DNA of 64,000 nucleotides from Camelus ferus (taxonomy: Eukaryota), in the NCBI RefSeq assembly GCF_009834535.1, contig NC_045697.1, positions 55,616,001-55,680,000 on the forward strand, read 5' to 3'. A model generated the notes under the pieces. The model saw nothing but the letters and a program-made list of their open reading frames with translations. It was not told the origin of the DNA and did no database searches. A program made the position numbers and the translations under genes. Shown here one piece after another: positions 12,785 to 24,732 of the stretch (position 1 is its first letter; each line of letters begins with the position of its first letter).

Positions 12785-12975
12785 GCACTAGAGTCAGATG
12801 GCCTGGGTTTGAATCCAGGCTCTCCTATTTACTACCTTTGTGTTGTTATTTAAGTTATTAAACCATCTGTATCTGAGTTATCTTCATACATACACAACAC
12901 TGAGAGGATAATACGAGCTTTCCATAAGGTCTTTGTGAGATTTAAAGACTATGCTGCAAAGTGGATACGTGTGTC
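12785..12975 (+). mobile_element. MIR remnant
   Basis: gagtcagatggcctgggtttgaatccaggctct head followed by a degraded core. Confidence 0.75.
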
Positions 12976-13159
12976 AAGGGGCACAGTCGACGTCCACAGT
13001 AAGTCTCTGCAGAGCAGTTCTTAAGAGAAAAAGCTTTACACTTAGAGCCATATGGGTGTGAAGCATGGCTGTCATTTACTGGTTGGGTTTGACTCCAAAA
13101 GAGCTTTTTATTCACAGCACAAACCTAATGTTGTCAAGCTCACACTGTAGTAACTGTGG

Positions 13160-13400
13160 AGTAGGAGTAGTAGTTAAGAGTGTGTTCTTTGGGGCTAGAC
13201 AACTGTGCTCCTGTTGTGGTTCTAATGCTTATAAGCTGTGCGACCCTGAAAGCCTTACTTTGGCTTGCTCCCATACGAAATGGGGATAAGAACTGTACCT
13301 GCCTCCTGGGGTTGTTGTAAGACTATAAACCATTTAGCACATGTTCAGCTCCTTGGAAAGCACCTGACGAGTAAGAAATGTCCTACAGTTATGCTGTCAA
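13160..13400 (+). mobile_element. MIR remnant
   Basis: gtagtagttaagagtgtg...agctgtgcgaccctg...aaatggggataagaactgtacctgcctcctggggttgttgtaagact. Confidence 0.75.
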
Positions 13401-13944
13401 TTTTGTAAATGCTGCTCTTGAAAGGCTCTTGATATTGACATTTCTTTCCTTTCACAGTGGTAGCATCATATTTCTTATCTTTTGTATTTATTGATTTATC
13501 AAATATTTTTATTTGTGTTATATTCTCTTTTCTGTCTTGGATTCTTCTGTGCAGTTGTGTTCTCTTGATCTTATTCTACTCGAATTCTTTTCATCAATAT
13601 TTCTAATTCTCCTCCCCTATTATATATGTCATTACATATTGACTTCTCAAGTCTCACTGAACACTCTTTATAAACACAACCCATTTAACTGAAGAGGAAA
13701 GGAGGTCACAGATATTGAGTAGCACAAGGCAAATCATGCCTAGCTCACAGATGAACAGTATTAAGAATCAGGTTATTAATTTTTTCTAATCAAATAGAAT
13801 CTAGTTAAATATTTATATTAATAATATGATTCCTCAATAGCTTAATTTAACACATTGATTGCAGACTACCTTTTAAAATATATTACATTTTGGTGACTTA
13901 ATCTAACCAAATATGCTCATTATCATCTAAACGTTAATTTTCAA

Positions 13945-14225
13945 ATTGTGATTAATGACTCATTGTAGATCCTGAAATCAATTTAATGGTTTAAGCCCAG
14001 CATTAATAAATAGAATTGAATAGAATATAATTGAATAGAACAGAAGAGAGCAGAAAAGAGTAGACTGCCATTATGCATTTAAGCGGGTATATTAACTTTA
14101 TGAAACAATTTTTAATTCCAGTGAGTGTATGAGTGAGTGTGTATGTGTTTGTATGTGTGTGTTTTGGGTATCAATGTAAAACGTATTACTCACTGTGGGG
14201 CACAGTTCAAAACTTTTTGGAAGAC
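13945..14225. mobile_element. hAT-type DNA transposon fossil (family uncertain)
   Basis: gaaatcaatttaatgg..cagcatt, internal aatagaa repeats, atgtaaaacgtattactcactgtggggcacagttcaaaactttt. Confidence 0.45.
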
Positions 14226-14859
14226 AGATACACATTGTTGCTAGCCTTGTAAAAATAATAGATCAGGAATACAGTATTTTTTTTAACTTTTTTTATGGAA
14301 TACAGTATTAATGTGTTATGCCAACTGGAGTTGAAAACAAAGAACTGCTATTGAGATTAAAAATTTAGCAAGCCACGGACCGTTTTGCTTTAAGTCTTTG
14401 TGACCAGTCTAATTCAGTTAACTATGATCTCTGTGTTATCCTAAAGAATTCTGATTTGCCCCCAGGAAACTGGTTAATTGCAAGCTGGCTTCTGGTTATC
14501 AATTTCCAGGACAAATTCTCCTTACCCTTTGTCGTTCACTGTGGCTCAGAGAATGCTATTCCATTTGATATGTTTATATCCTTAACATGATCCAAATAAT
14601 ACTAGCTGGGTTAATTTCCTGGTTAACATATATGCACTTGCTGAATTACAACTCTAAGCAGAAATATGTCAGTTTTGAGATTATTGCCTATTGATGATCT
14701 GTTTTTCTATTTATATGTGTACATTAAAAAGAAGTGAGGTATATCCACTGAGCCTGTATTATTTCTATCTGTTACTTGGTACAATATGTTCATGATTAAA
14801 TATAGACAAAATAAAAATTTCTGAAAATTTGATGTCTATTTCTCCCTTTACAGCTGCTA

Positions 14860-16235
14860 CTATTTCTTTATTCATTTTGAAGTTCTGTCATTAGGTGTAG
14901 ATGTATTTGGGATTTTATGTCTTACTGCCGAATCAAGCCTTTTATAAATATGTCCCTTTTATTTCTGATGACACTCTATCTTGAAGTCTAATTTCTCTTA
15001 CAGTACTATTGCCACCCTATTTTACTGTTATTACTGGTGAGATACATTTTCTCCCACACTTTCACCTTTAACGTGTGTCTTTAAAGTGCAGACAACCTGT
15101 GGTTGGGTCTTTTTTTAAATTATAATTTTGTGTGATAATCTATGTCTTTTAATTGAAATGTGAAGACTAACATATAGCATAGCTATTGATATCTTGTATT
15201 TAAGTCGAAATAACCGCTGTTTGTGTTTTTGCCCCATCTCTATTTTGTTCCTCAGTTTTTCTTTTCTTGCTTTCTTTTGGATTATTCTTTATATTAGATT
15301 TTTAGCCAAATGTATAATTATTATATTTTAGTGGTTGCTCTAGGAATTATGAAATGCATCTTTAATTTATCCCATTGAACTTCACATATCACTTCCTACT
15401 CAGTTTTTAAATATTTGAACATGAATGTAAGTATTACATTCATCATCCCCACATGCATTGGCTATTACTGTCATGTATTTTAGTTCCACAAACACTATAA
15501 ACCCCAATTACAATGGCATTATTTTCTGTTTTAAACAGTTATTTTTATATTACCTAACAGAAAAAGTAGTCCTTTATATTTATCACTTATTTGCCAGTTT
15601 TGGTTAATTCCTTCTTTTAGATCTAGTTTTTCTCCAGGTATTTTGGTATAATTTACCTGCAGCCTGATTAAGTTCCTTATTTAGCAACAAATTCTCTCAG
15701 CCTTCATGTATATGAAAATGTTTTAATTTCACCTGTATTTTTGAAGGATTTTTTTCCTGGCTATGGAAGAAGGACTAACAGAAAAAAATTTTGTCTTTAT
15801 TTTCTTTTTTCTTCTGATCTCTATAGTTTTTTTCTGTGTATATTATTCATCTTTATTTTTTCTGTCCTCAAGATTTTTCTCTTTGTCTTTTACTTTTAAA
15901 GATTTGACTATGCTGTTCCTAATATGTCTTTCCTTTGCTTTTAACTTTTTTGAGATTCACTGAACTTCTTAGATTTTTGGTTGATATTTAACACCAAATT
16001 TGGAAAATGTTCTGCCATCATGGTCCTTATTTTTTTCTGACCTACTCTTTCCTTCTGGGATTCCAGTGATACGTTTGTGAGATCTTATATTGTCGCACGT
16101 GCCATGGAGGTGCTCTTTATTATTATTAATCCATCTCTTTTTGTGTCATTTCTTCAGATTTAATAATTTCTGGCAATCAGACTCCAGGTTCAGTTTCTTT
16201 ATTCTACAATCTTCAATCTGCTTTTAGGCCTGCCC
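14860..16235 (-). mobile_element. Ancient L1 fragment (ORF1 to ORF2 endonuclease region)
   Basis: T-rich degenerate antisense L1 text, parallel to the reverse complement of 900-1270 (ttaggtgtagatgtattt, ttgaagtctaatttc, ctttcacctttaac). Confidence 0.75.
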
Positions 16236-16335
16236 AGGGAAGCCTCCTTCTTCTTACACATAACACTAAACTGGCTATGCATGTATTTATGAAGTAGTGA
16301 CATGACAATGCCACCACCAAATGTTACACTACAAC

Positions 16336-16540
16336 AGAATTTTCAGCCTCAGAATTATTGATATGTCTGGCTAGATAACAAGGGACTGTCCTGTGTACTG
16401 TAGAAAGTACAGCAGCCCTACTTGGCCCTTCTGTGCTAGGTGCCTGTACCAACCCCTCCCTCTGTTGTGACAGTCAAAAATGTATCCAGATGGTTCCAAA
16501 TGGTCTCTCAGAGAACACCACCTTCAGTTGAGCACCACTA
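16336..16540 (+). mobile_element. MER20 (hAT-Charlie)
   Basis: gggactgtcctgtgtactgtag...gttgtgacagtcaaaaatgtatccagat...cagttgagcaccact; strand follows my recollection of the consensus. Confidence 0.8.
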
Positions 16541-17131
16541 AATGGTAATTTTTTTCTTATTTCTGTTCATAACTGTATATTCATTGAGGAAATATTTGAT
16601 TTTCAAAAATAAGAAAAATTAAATCTAATCATGTGGTGTATAACAAAGTCAAGGCACAAGTTTGAATTACATATTTAAGCAACTAACTTGACTTATAGAA
16701 CCATGTCTTGTGGAGCAATTACTTCAAAATGACTTCCATGATGCATTCAGTATGGGACTAGAAAGCACCTAACCACATCTTTTAACTTCAATCGATTTCA
16801 AATATGCCAAATGCAAAAAATACTGCTAACTATACATGTGCGTTAAATTCACAACTCTTTTCTTCATAATCTGGCTTTGAAATTTTAGTGCAAAGGAAAT
16901 GCTGGGATGTCCAAACTTAGCATATGACCTTCTGCAAACTGCTGTGCTTGCTGCCAAGCTGTGCATCTGTGGATATGCCCAGATGGCTGTATCGTAGCTA
17001 TTTAAATTGGGGAATCTGTAGTAAGAAGTCACCACTTATTTAACCTGCTTTTCTGGGATACTTAGCATACAAATTTGGTTTAAAATTCTAGGACTTTTGT
17101 GATCATGTATGCTTGTGACTAGTGTGGGTGG

Positions 17132-17143
17132 GTGAGTGAGTGA

Positions 17144-17184
<41 letters not shown>
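17132..17184. repeat. (GTGA)4-(TG)18 compound microsatellite
   Basis: Read directly. Confidence 0.95.
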
Positions 17185-17185
<1 letters not shown>

Positions 17186-18267
17186 ACGCGTGTTCACACT
17201 GATGTGTTTATTGGAGATATGTGTTATATCTGCTATCTCCCAATTTCGTCTATTTTGTCAGTATAGATTTTAATTTGATTTTGTTAGCTGGGAAAGGACA
17301 TTAACTGCCCTTTTAAATTAAGTACATTTCTGGTAACTAGAGTTTGTGTGTATGTAGGCATTGATATATGTTTGCTGATAGTATGATAATAATAATGAGA
17401 AGGAAAAAGAATAAGCTTTAAACAACATAAATTATATACTACTCAATAAGGAAAAGAAAGACAGATTATGGGCAACTCGGGTAATGGCTTCCTTTGTGAT
17501 TGTCCTATTAGAACCCAACTGATACCCCATTTAAGAGAAAGGTACAAGTAGAACATAAAAATAAAATGCATACCATTCAAGCTACAAAAAAAATAGAAAA
17601 CAAAAGGTAAAATTAGCTTAAAGTAGTCATCTGCACTATAACCTTTTTTTAAAATGACATAATATTCAGGAATTAACTGAAAGTGTGCATATAAATATAT
17701 GAAGAGTAGAAATAAATATATTATATATATATATATATATACAGTAGAAAGGCTGGGATACACATATGTAAAACTATGTAGATATATAAGCATATTTATC
17801 TATGTATCTCCAGATTTTCTGTTTCTTGACAGTCCTCTATCAAATGTTAATCAGAAAAGACAAAAGGAAAATAATGTATTACCAAATATAAAGAGTAATT
17901 TATTTCTTAAAAGTTAACATGGTAAAAAATAAGATGTACATTTTAAGTGAGTAAATACAATCTGATACTTTAAACTTTTAAATAAGTACTATTAATACAT
18001 ACTAAATATATATTTCACGTTGAATAGAGAACACTGGCATTTAGTGATTCTAAATAGTTTTTTTCCTCATGAGCTATGATATTCCATATCCTATGTATGA
18101 ATTGTCATAATGAGTTTTAAAAACAGTCATTTACCAACCTGTTTGAAACAAATCAGAAGTTACATAGCAACAAGGCATCTAAATACTTTTGATCTGACAT
18201 TTTACTAAGTAATATTCTATCAGATATAAATAATATTGGATAGAGTATCTCATTAATTATGTTTAAC

Positions 18268-18445
18268 ACCTTTATTGTGGTATGAGTCTTGTACAGTAAA
18301 CTATACATATTTCAGACGTATAATTTGATGAATTTTGATAGACGTATACACCAGTGAAACTACCACAAGATAGCTAACAATTCCATTACTCCCCAAGAGG
18401 TGCAGATTTCAAATTTCCAATCTATCCCTTCCCACTTCTTTTACC
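18268..18445 (-). mobile_element. Old L1 3' end
   Basis: tttattgtggtat...tacagtaaactatacatattt...aatttgatgaattttga...gtgaaactaccac. Confidence 0.7.
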
Positions 18446-18579
18446 TGTCATTCTAAGTCAAGTAAGTCAGAAAGAGAAAGAAAAACACCATATGATATGG
18501 CTTACTTGTGGAATCTAAAAAAAAAAAAAAAAGACACAAATGAACTTATCTACAAAATGTAGAAAGACCTCACAGACAT
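18446..18579 (+). mobile_element. Short L1 fragment spanning the ORF2 stop and start of the 3' UTR
   Basis: tgtcattctaagtcaagtaagtcagaaagagaaagaaaaacaccatatgat...tgtggaatctaaaa aligns with 42727-42848. Confidence 0.9.
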
Positions 18580-18799
18580 CTCATGATTATTTTTAGTTGA
18601 TAACTATAAAGAAAATGTTTGACAAGATTTAGTAATATCTCTAGAATACTCACAGAACAATGAGTAACATTCATTATACTTATAGCATACAAACTTCTAA
18701 TTGTCATTCCACAAAGTGGAATTTTTTATATCTCTCTATATTAAACGGAAAGCCCCCTTCCTGATCATGATCAAGGTTAAACTGAGTCTGAATGGCTAC

Positions 18800-18885
18800 T
18801 CTGGTATAGAAATAGAAACAGCCTTGGATTAGATTCAGATCCTCTGGGTTCAAGTTTAATTTTTACCACCTAACATCTAAGTAAT
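18800..18885 (+). mobile_element. MIR 5' part, continuing at 19404-19525
   Basis: ctgggttcaagt head; core agttttcccacctgttaaacaagaattataataacc resumes after the LTR. Confidence 0.55.
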
Positions 18886-19403
18886 TGTTTCAATAAGAAC
18901 TTAACCCATAGCAGAAACCACTTGAATATTTAAAACAATGAGGTTTTAAATCTGCAAATGTGGCTACATGCATGATGAGGGAGACATGAAGCCAGAAAGG
19001 GGAAAGTAAGGTACCCTGCAATGAATCTGAACATAAAATTACCAGAAATCCAAGACCAGAAGGTCCAAGGGAGGGAGTAGTGCTACTAGAGTGCAGAGTA
19101 CAGATCACTCAGGTAATGTAACAATAGAGCCGTCCTGTTCAGTGGCAGTTGGAAATATAAGATGTAGCAGATGGTGGAAATGGAAGGAGAGAAAGGAGTG
19201 GCAAAGAAGGAGGGGGGCAGAAATAACTTGGATTGTCTCTCTCCTCTACCCTCCCAGTATTGCCCCATTGCCTGATCCCATCCAGAACCCAGGCGACAGT
19301 GGAGTGTGGGAATGTGTTCTTTAGGTCAGCCTTAGCAATGCAGGAGAGGACAGGGGGAGGCAAGGACGGATGTGAGGGAGAAACTCGGTCAGTTATCGCC
19401 AAC
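18886..19403 (-). mobile_element. ERVL solo LTR (LTR33-like) nested in MIR
   Basis: TG...CA ends; tctcctctaccctccc...cccattgcctgatcccatccagaacccag...aggtcagcct resembles the LTR33 reverse complement. Confidence 0.6.
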
Positions 19404-19729
19404 AGTTTTCCCACCTGTTAAACAAGAATTATAATAACCATCTCAAAAGTTTACTGTCAAGATTCATTTAAAACACTGTGCTGGGCTTTGAAAAGCAACA
19501 TGCTTGTAAAAGTTACTATTATTACTAGAAAGAATCCAGCAATTCCAGGGCTTAAGTGTTCTTCCTTTTGGTTACCTTATAGCTTTGGATATGTTACCTA
19601 CCTGTGATAATCAGTTAGACTCCAAAATAGGGATTAGTCTTTTTGAGCCTTAGAAAGGTCATTGGAAATCTCTAATAATTTGACACACTAAAGTGTGAAA
19701 AGATTTGCATTCCTAAAAAGAAAGGTTGA

Positions 19730-21600
19730 GGTTTCCACTTTCAGAATGTCTACATGAGGAGCTCTGTGGATCCACTCTCCATAAAAACTGGTGAAATTAT
19801 TTTAAAGAAGTAATCTCTTGAAATGGTCCTAATAATAGACAATAAATAAGGAAATACTTATTCAAGAAGATCTACTAACACTGCAGTTTTACTGGGCATC
19901 TGAACCACAGCCTTCTCTCTCCCTCTTTTCCCCCAGCTCATTTTGATGGAAACTCCACCCTAGGTAGGAGAAGCCAGAAACACAGGGCTTCCTCTATCCC
20001 CAGTTCCCAGTCAAGAGTGGGGCATCAATATTTCACATTATGTCTCCTAGTTACCTGTTACAGACCTAAATTCACAGCCAAGAGGCAGGTTAGTCTAAGA
20101 GAAAATCACTGTTATCCCATGGTGACTGTGCATGTTCAAGTCTACACCCCTAGGGAACATTAGAGTCTCCACACTGTTGCGGAAATAGACTGCACTAATT
20201 AATCAAGCCAGTCACTAAACAAACAAGCAAGCAAACAACAATAACAAGCCCTGGGTAGAAGGGGACTAATACTTAGGTTTGCTAAAATATATTTTCTAAA
20301 ATATCTAGTTTTCAACAACAAATATTTATAAGGCATGCAAAGAAACAGGAATTTCTGACATAGGAAGAAACAAAAACAAAAACAAAAGCCCTGCCTGTGA
20401 GAGTAACCAGAAGTCAGATTTAACAAAGACTTCAAAGGAGCCATTGTAAATATTTTCAAAGAAGTACAGGAAATTGTTAAAAGCAAAAGACGAAATGATG
20501 ATAAAGTCTTACTGAATAGAGAATATCAATTCAAAAGAGATGGAAATTATTGAAAGAAAAAAAGAAGAACCAAATGGAAATACTGGAATTCAAAGGTAAA
20601 TAAAGTGGGAAAAAAAAACAAAACCCAAAAGTCACCAGAGGGGCTCAATAGTAGATTTGAATTGTACAGAGAAAGAATTAGTGAACCTGAAGATAGATTG
20701 ATGGAGATTATGCAATCTGAAGAACAGAGAGAAAGGATTGAAGAAAAAAGAATGAAGCCTCAGAGAAACGTGGGACCCCATTAAGTGTAGGGCCAACATG
20801 TACTTAATGGGAGAGCCAGAAAGAGAGGAGTGAGAAAAAAGTATTCAAAAAATAATGGCTTATTTCTTTTGAAGTTTGATGGAAACTATTAATCTACAGA
20901 GATAGTAAGAAGCATGTGGAGAGATTGGTCCTCTCATACACTGCTGGTGGGAATGTAAACTTTTTAAAAGACAATTTTTAAGAACGGTATAAAAAAAAGA
21001 CACTTAGTAAAACAGTATTAAATATAGACTCATCGTTTGGCCCAGTATATACATAGGAGAAATAAAAACATGCCTCCACAAAAATTTGTATGCCAATGTT
21101 CATAGCAACATTATTCAGAATACACAAAAGGTGAAAAAAGCCCAATACCCATCAACTGATAAATGGATAAACAAAATGTGGTTTATCCACGTACTAGATT
21201 GCCATTCAGCCATAAAAATAAAGTACTGATACATGCTACAACATAAATAACCTTGAAAATACACTAAAAGAAATAAGCCAGTCCCAAATACCACATATTA
21301 TATGATTTTATTGATAATGAATGTCCAGAAGTAGGAAAACTGTGAAGATGAAAATTAGACTAGTTGTTGGTTACCAAGGGCTGGGAGGTGATAGTTAAAA
21401 GGATACAGTGTTTGGTGTTGGGGTGATAAAAATATTTTGAATTAAATGAAAATATTTTGAATGATGACAGTTGCATAATTCTATGAATAAACTAAATTCT
21501 AATATTAAACTGAATACTAAATTAATACTAAATACACCGAGTTATAGATTTCAAATGGATAAATTTAATGGTCAATGGATTAAATCTCAGTAACCAGTTC
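19730..21600 (+). mobile_element. Old L1: 5' UTR/ORF1 joined directly to ORF2 end/3' UTR
   Basis: ORF1 coiled-coil text (gaaagaattagtgaacctgaagataga) to ~20897, then ctctcatacactgctggtgggaatgtaaa and an old 3' UTR. Confidence 0.8.
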
Positions 21601-24384
21601 TCCCGCCCCCAATAGGTTGAGTCACACTTCCATAATTTTTAGGGAACTATAAACATAAAGTAGAAATATTTGTCACTACTGTCCTCTTATAATTTTTTGA
21701 AGTATAAATCATTTTCAAAGGGCAGAAAAATAGTGGCTACTTAGGTGATTTTTAATTTAAACATGTAATATATACACTGTCCTGCATTTCTCTGCTACTG
21801 ATTTTTATACTTTTTAGAACTAGACTTTTTTCACTAAAACAGTTCAAACATCTGAACTTGACATACCTAATTTTTGCAAAAATGAGAGAAATAGACAAAA
21901 TTTCTAGGCATGCCAACTTTCAATTTTGATCCCTTTCCCTGCATTTGAGAATGTGTTTTCTTGTAGTCAAAGCAAGAATAAGCAGCTTTAATTTGCATTT
22001 GCTGGCTTTCACAAGCATGCACCCTAACCTTAACATCTCTTAAGTAGAGTTTATTTTGCAGAGGATCTGTTTATCTAGCATTAGTACACGACAAAAACAG
22101 GAGTGTAATAAGAATGCATAAGTTTGAAATGCATAGTGCGTAACTGAATATTTGAAAATGTCTTAAAGCAGTGGAGCAATTTGATCCTTATAATCCAGTT
22201 TACTTTTTTTTTTTCCCTGAGAGAAAAGGGCATGCTTATCTAGGATTTATTTCATCTGCAATTTTCACGTGACAAAATTTACTTTTAAGTTTAAAATGAT
22301 GTTGTTTTGGTCCCTGGTGTCTGAGTGTGATGAGAGCTAGAAAAGCAGACAGAACTCCTAATGTCTAATCTTGGCATGGCATTTGCTTTCCATTTTCTTT
22401 AGTGTGCACTAGTGGGATATTACTGAATGTTAAAATCTTGGCAGAGTCACTAGTGTGTAGAGTTTCTTTTGTGAAGTGGGAAATGAAGCCCAGTAAAGTT
22501 TATCTATTTTTAAAATTATTGCTGATTAGTTTTTATGTCTTTTTTTATCATTGAATTTTCTCTTTGACTATGTATAGCCTAAAGAACACAGAACCCCACT
22601 AAACAGATGTAGGAATATACTGTTTCTCCTAGGTGAAAGATATGAACCTCCATCTTTGTCCTTGGTGAATGCATTGCATTCTTCTCAACAGTTAACATAG
22701 TGGCCCCCAAGTATACATTGCTCAGTGTCACCGCACTCTGTCCTTTTCCCCTATCTTCATAAACCCTTTTATTTTTCACCTGAACAAGTGTTACATCCTA
22801 TTTCTCACATGACTCATCACACACTAATTCTTACTCTACTGGACCTGGGTATTTCTCATCAGCTTTTTAAAACCCTGAGTCTACCAAATTTGCAACAATG
22901 TTTTAAAAAATTATGAAAAAAACAAACTTTGATTCTGTTCTGCTTTAAAACGTGTCCAAATGGTTTAATCCTAAAACCAGAAACATATTTTACTCCACAT
23001 ATGCTTTGATCCCTCAGTTACATTTCATATTATTGGCCTTCCTATCCTTCCTGAAATGATTCTGATTCACTCTTTTGAAATACCCCTCACAAGCTTTCCT
23101 GGATTTCCAACTACAGTGCAAAATCCTTCAGAGGAGGAATCACATCATAGAAGTCCAATTTATTTCCACATATATTTACTGAGAGCTAAGGATATTACCA
23201 AACAAAGCAATAATCTGATGGTGGTATTTACATTCTGGCAAATACAGACACATAATAATAAAAAATAATAAATAATACGCCTAGAAGTTCACATGCTATG
23301 AAACAAGGAAACTGTAGGAGAGGACTGACATTGTACTGGGTGAGGTTTAGTATAAACAATAAATCTCAATACTGTTCCTATTACCAACTTAATGCTTTTC
23401 ATACACATCTTATAAAAGACATAAAAGTATAATCAATAAATAGCTTTTTTCTATAAAAATCTTTTTTTGTGATATCAATCTCTTCTCACTGCCCATTTTT
23501 CACTCAGCCTGTAACGCATGGATAATATGGATATAAATGTACATGTACATAGAGGAATATAGACATAGATACTGATGTAGACAGAGATACAGATGTTTGA
23601 GCTCCTTGACACATTGTCATTTGTCCTATCAGTGTTCAGTGATATATACTTGTTTGGACCCCATCCATTTTAGGAGATGAAGCATCTGTTTATCCTCTTA
23701 AAGGATTGACAATGATAAGAGTGAAGAAAGTATTACATCGGAAACAGAGTAAAGAGTCATGCAGTTAAGTTCTTAAGCAATAAAGAACATATGCATGCCA
23801 CAAAACTGGGAGAGGACAGGGAGGAGACCAACAGTTGGGATACCAAGATATTTTTAAAAAATTCTTCAGGAGCATAGGACTGCTCTCTAGTTAGAGCACA
23901 AGTCCTTGTAGGTAGAAATACATTTGGGTTTTTGATAATCGCTGTCTACAACACAGCAGGCACTCAAAAAATAATGATTTATAAAGATTTACCATCAGAT
24001 AAGGGATCCAAAATGTGTAAGAGTTTTTGACTTTCACCTTTTCAGCACATAGATATCACTTCTAAAATCCTTATAATCATGAATAAAATAATGGTATGTA
24101 TCAGAAAAAGCACATGGCAAGCACAATGCTATGGAGTAGATCACCTAAGGAAGTGCAAAGGCACATTTCACTATTAAAGGACCCATTTCACTCTATTCAG
24201 TTATACTGAAAAATTAATTCTTTCTAGTGATTATGGACAGGCTCATTATATAATTAATGTATTTTCAACAAACCTCAAGGTGTTTAGATCATTTAACGAG
24301 GTGACATAAAGCATTGTGGTTGAGCTCCAAAACTATGGGTTTAAACTATCTGATCATTATTTGTGGTTAATGCTTCAAAAAGAT

Positions 24385-24560
24385 GGCAACAGTGGTAACT
24401 GAATTCTATGTGTTAGAATGCTTGTTCCTTTACTTGTTAATTGTATGACTCTGGACGTGTTTTTATTATGGAATCTATCTGTTCTACAATTCCCTGTAAA
24501 TTAGGCTAATAGAGTACTGGTGTGAGTTTCAAATATATTAATATCTGTAAAACAGAAGAA
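24385..24560 (+). mobile_element. MIR remnant
   Basis: ttacttgttaattgtatgactctggac...ctgtaaattaggctaata...taatatctgtaaa. Confidence 0.5.
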
Positions 24561-24732
24561 TGTCTGCCAGTCTGTAACTCTAAATTAATCCTAAATTAAC
24601 AGCAGAAGATGTTAAGTCCATACAGTTTACCTGTAATTTCTGACAAAGGGTTTACTTTTCCTCAAGAAACAATACCTTTCCCTGTCTTCTTTACAAAATT
24701 CTTTGAATATTGATTATTTCAAGATTTTCTAG

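Noticed and set aside
15763..15963. Membrane-like Phe/Leu-rich ORF
   Set aside because: T-rich antisense strand of an ancient L1
17443..17917. Overlapping 116-aa and 72-aa ORFs
   Set aside because: AT-rich low-complexity sequence crossing a (TA)n tract
19086..19421. Four overlapping ORFs in a GC-richer patch
   Set aside because: Lie within an LTR33-like solo LTR
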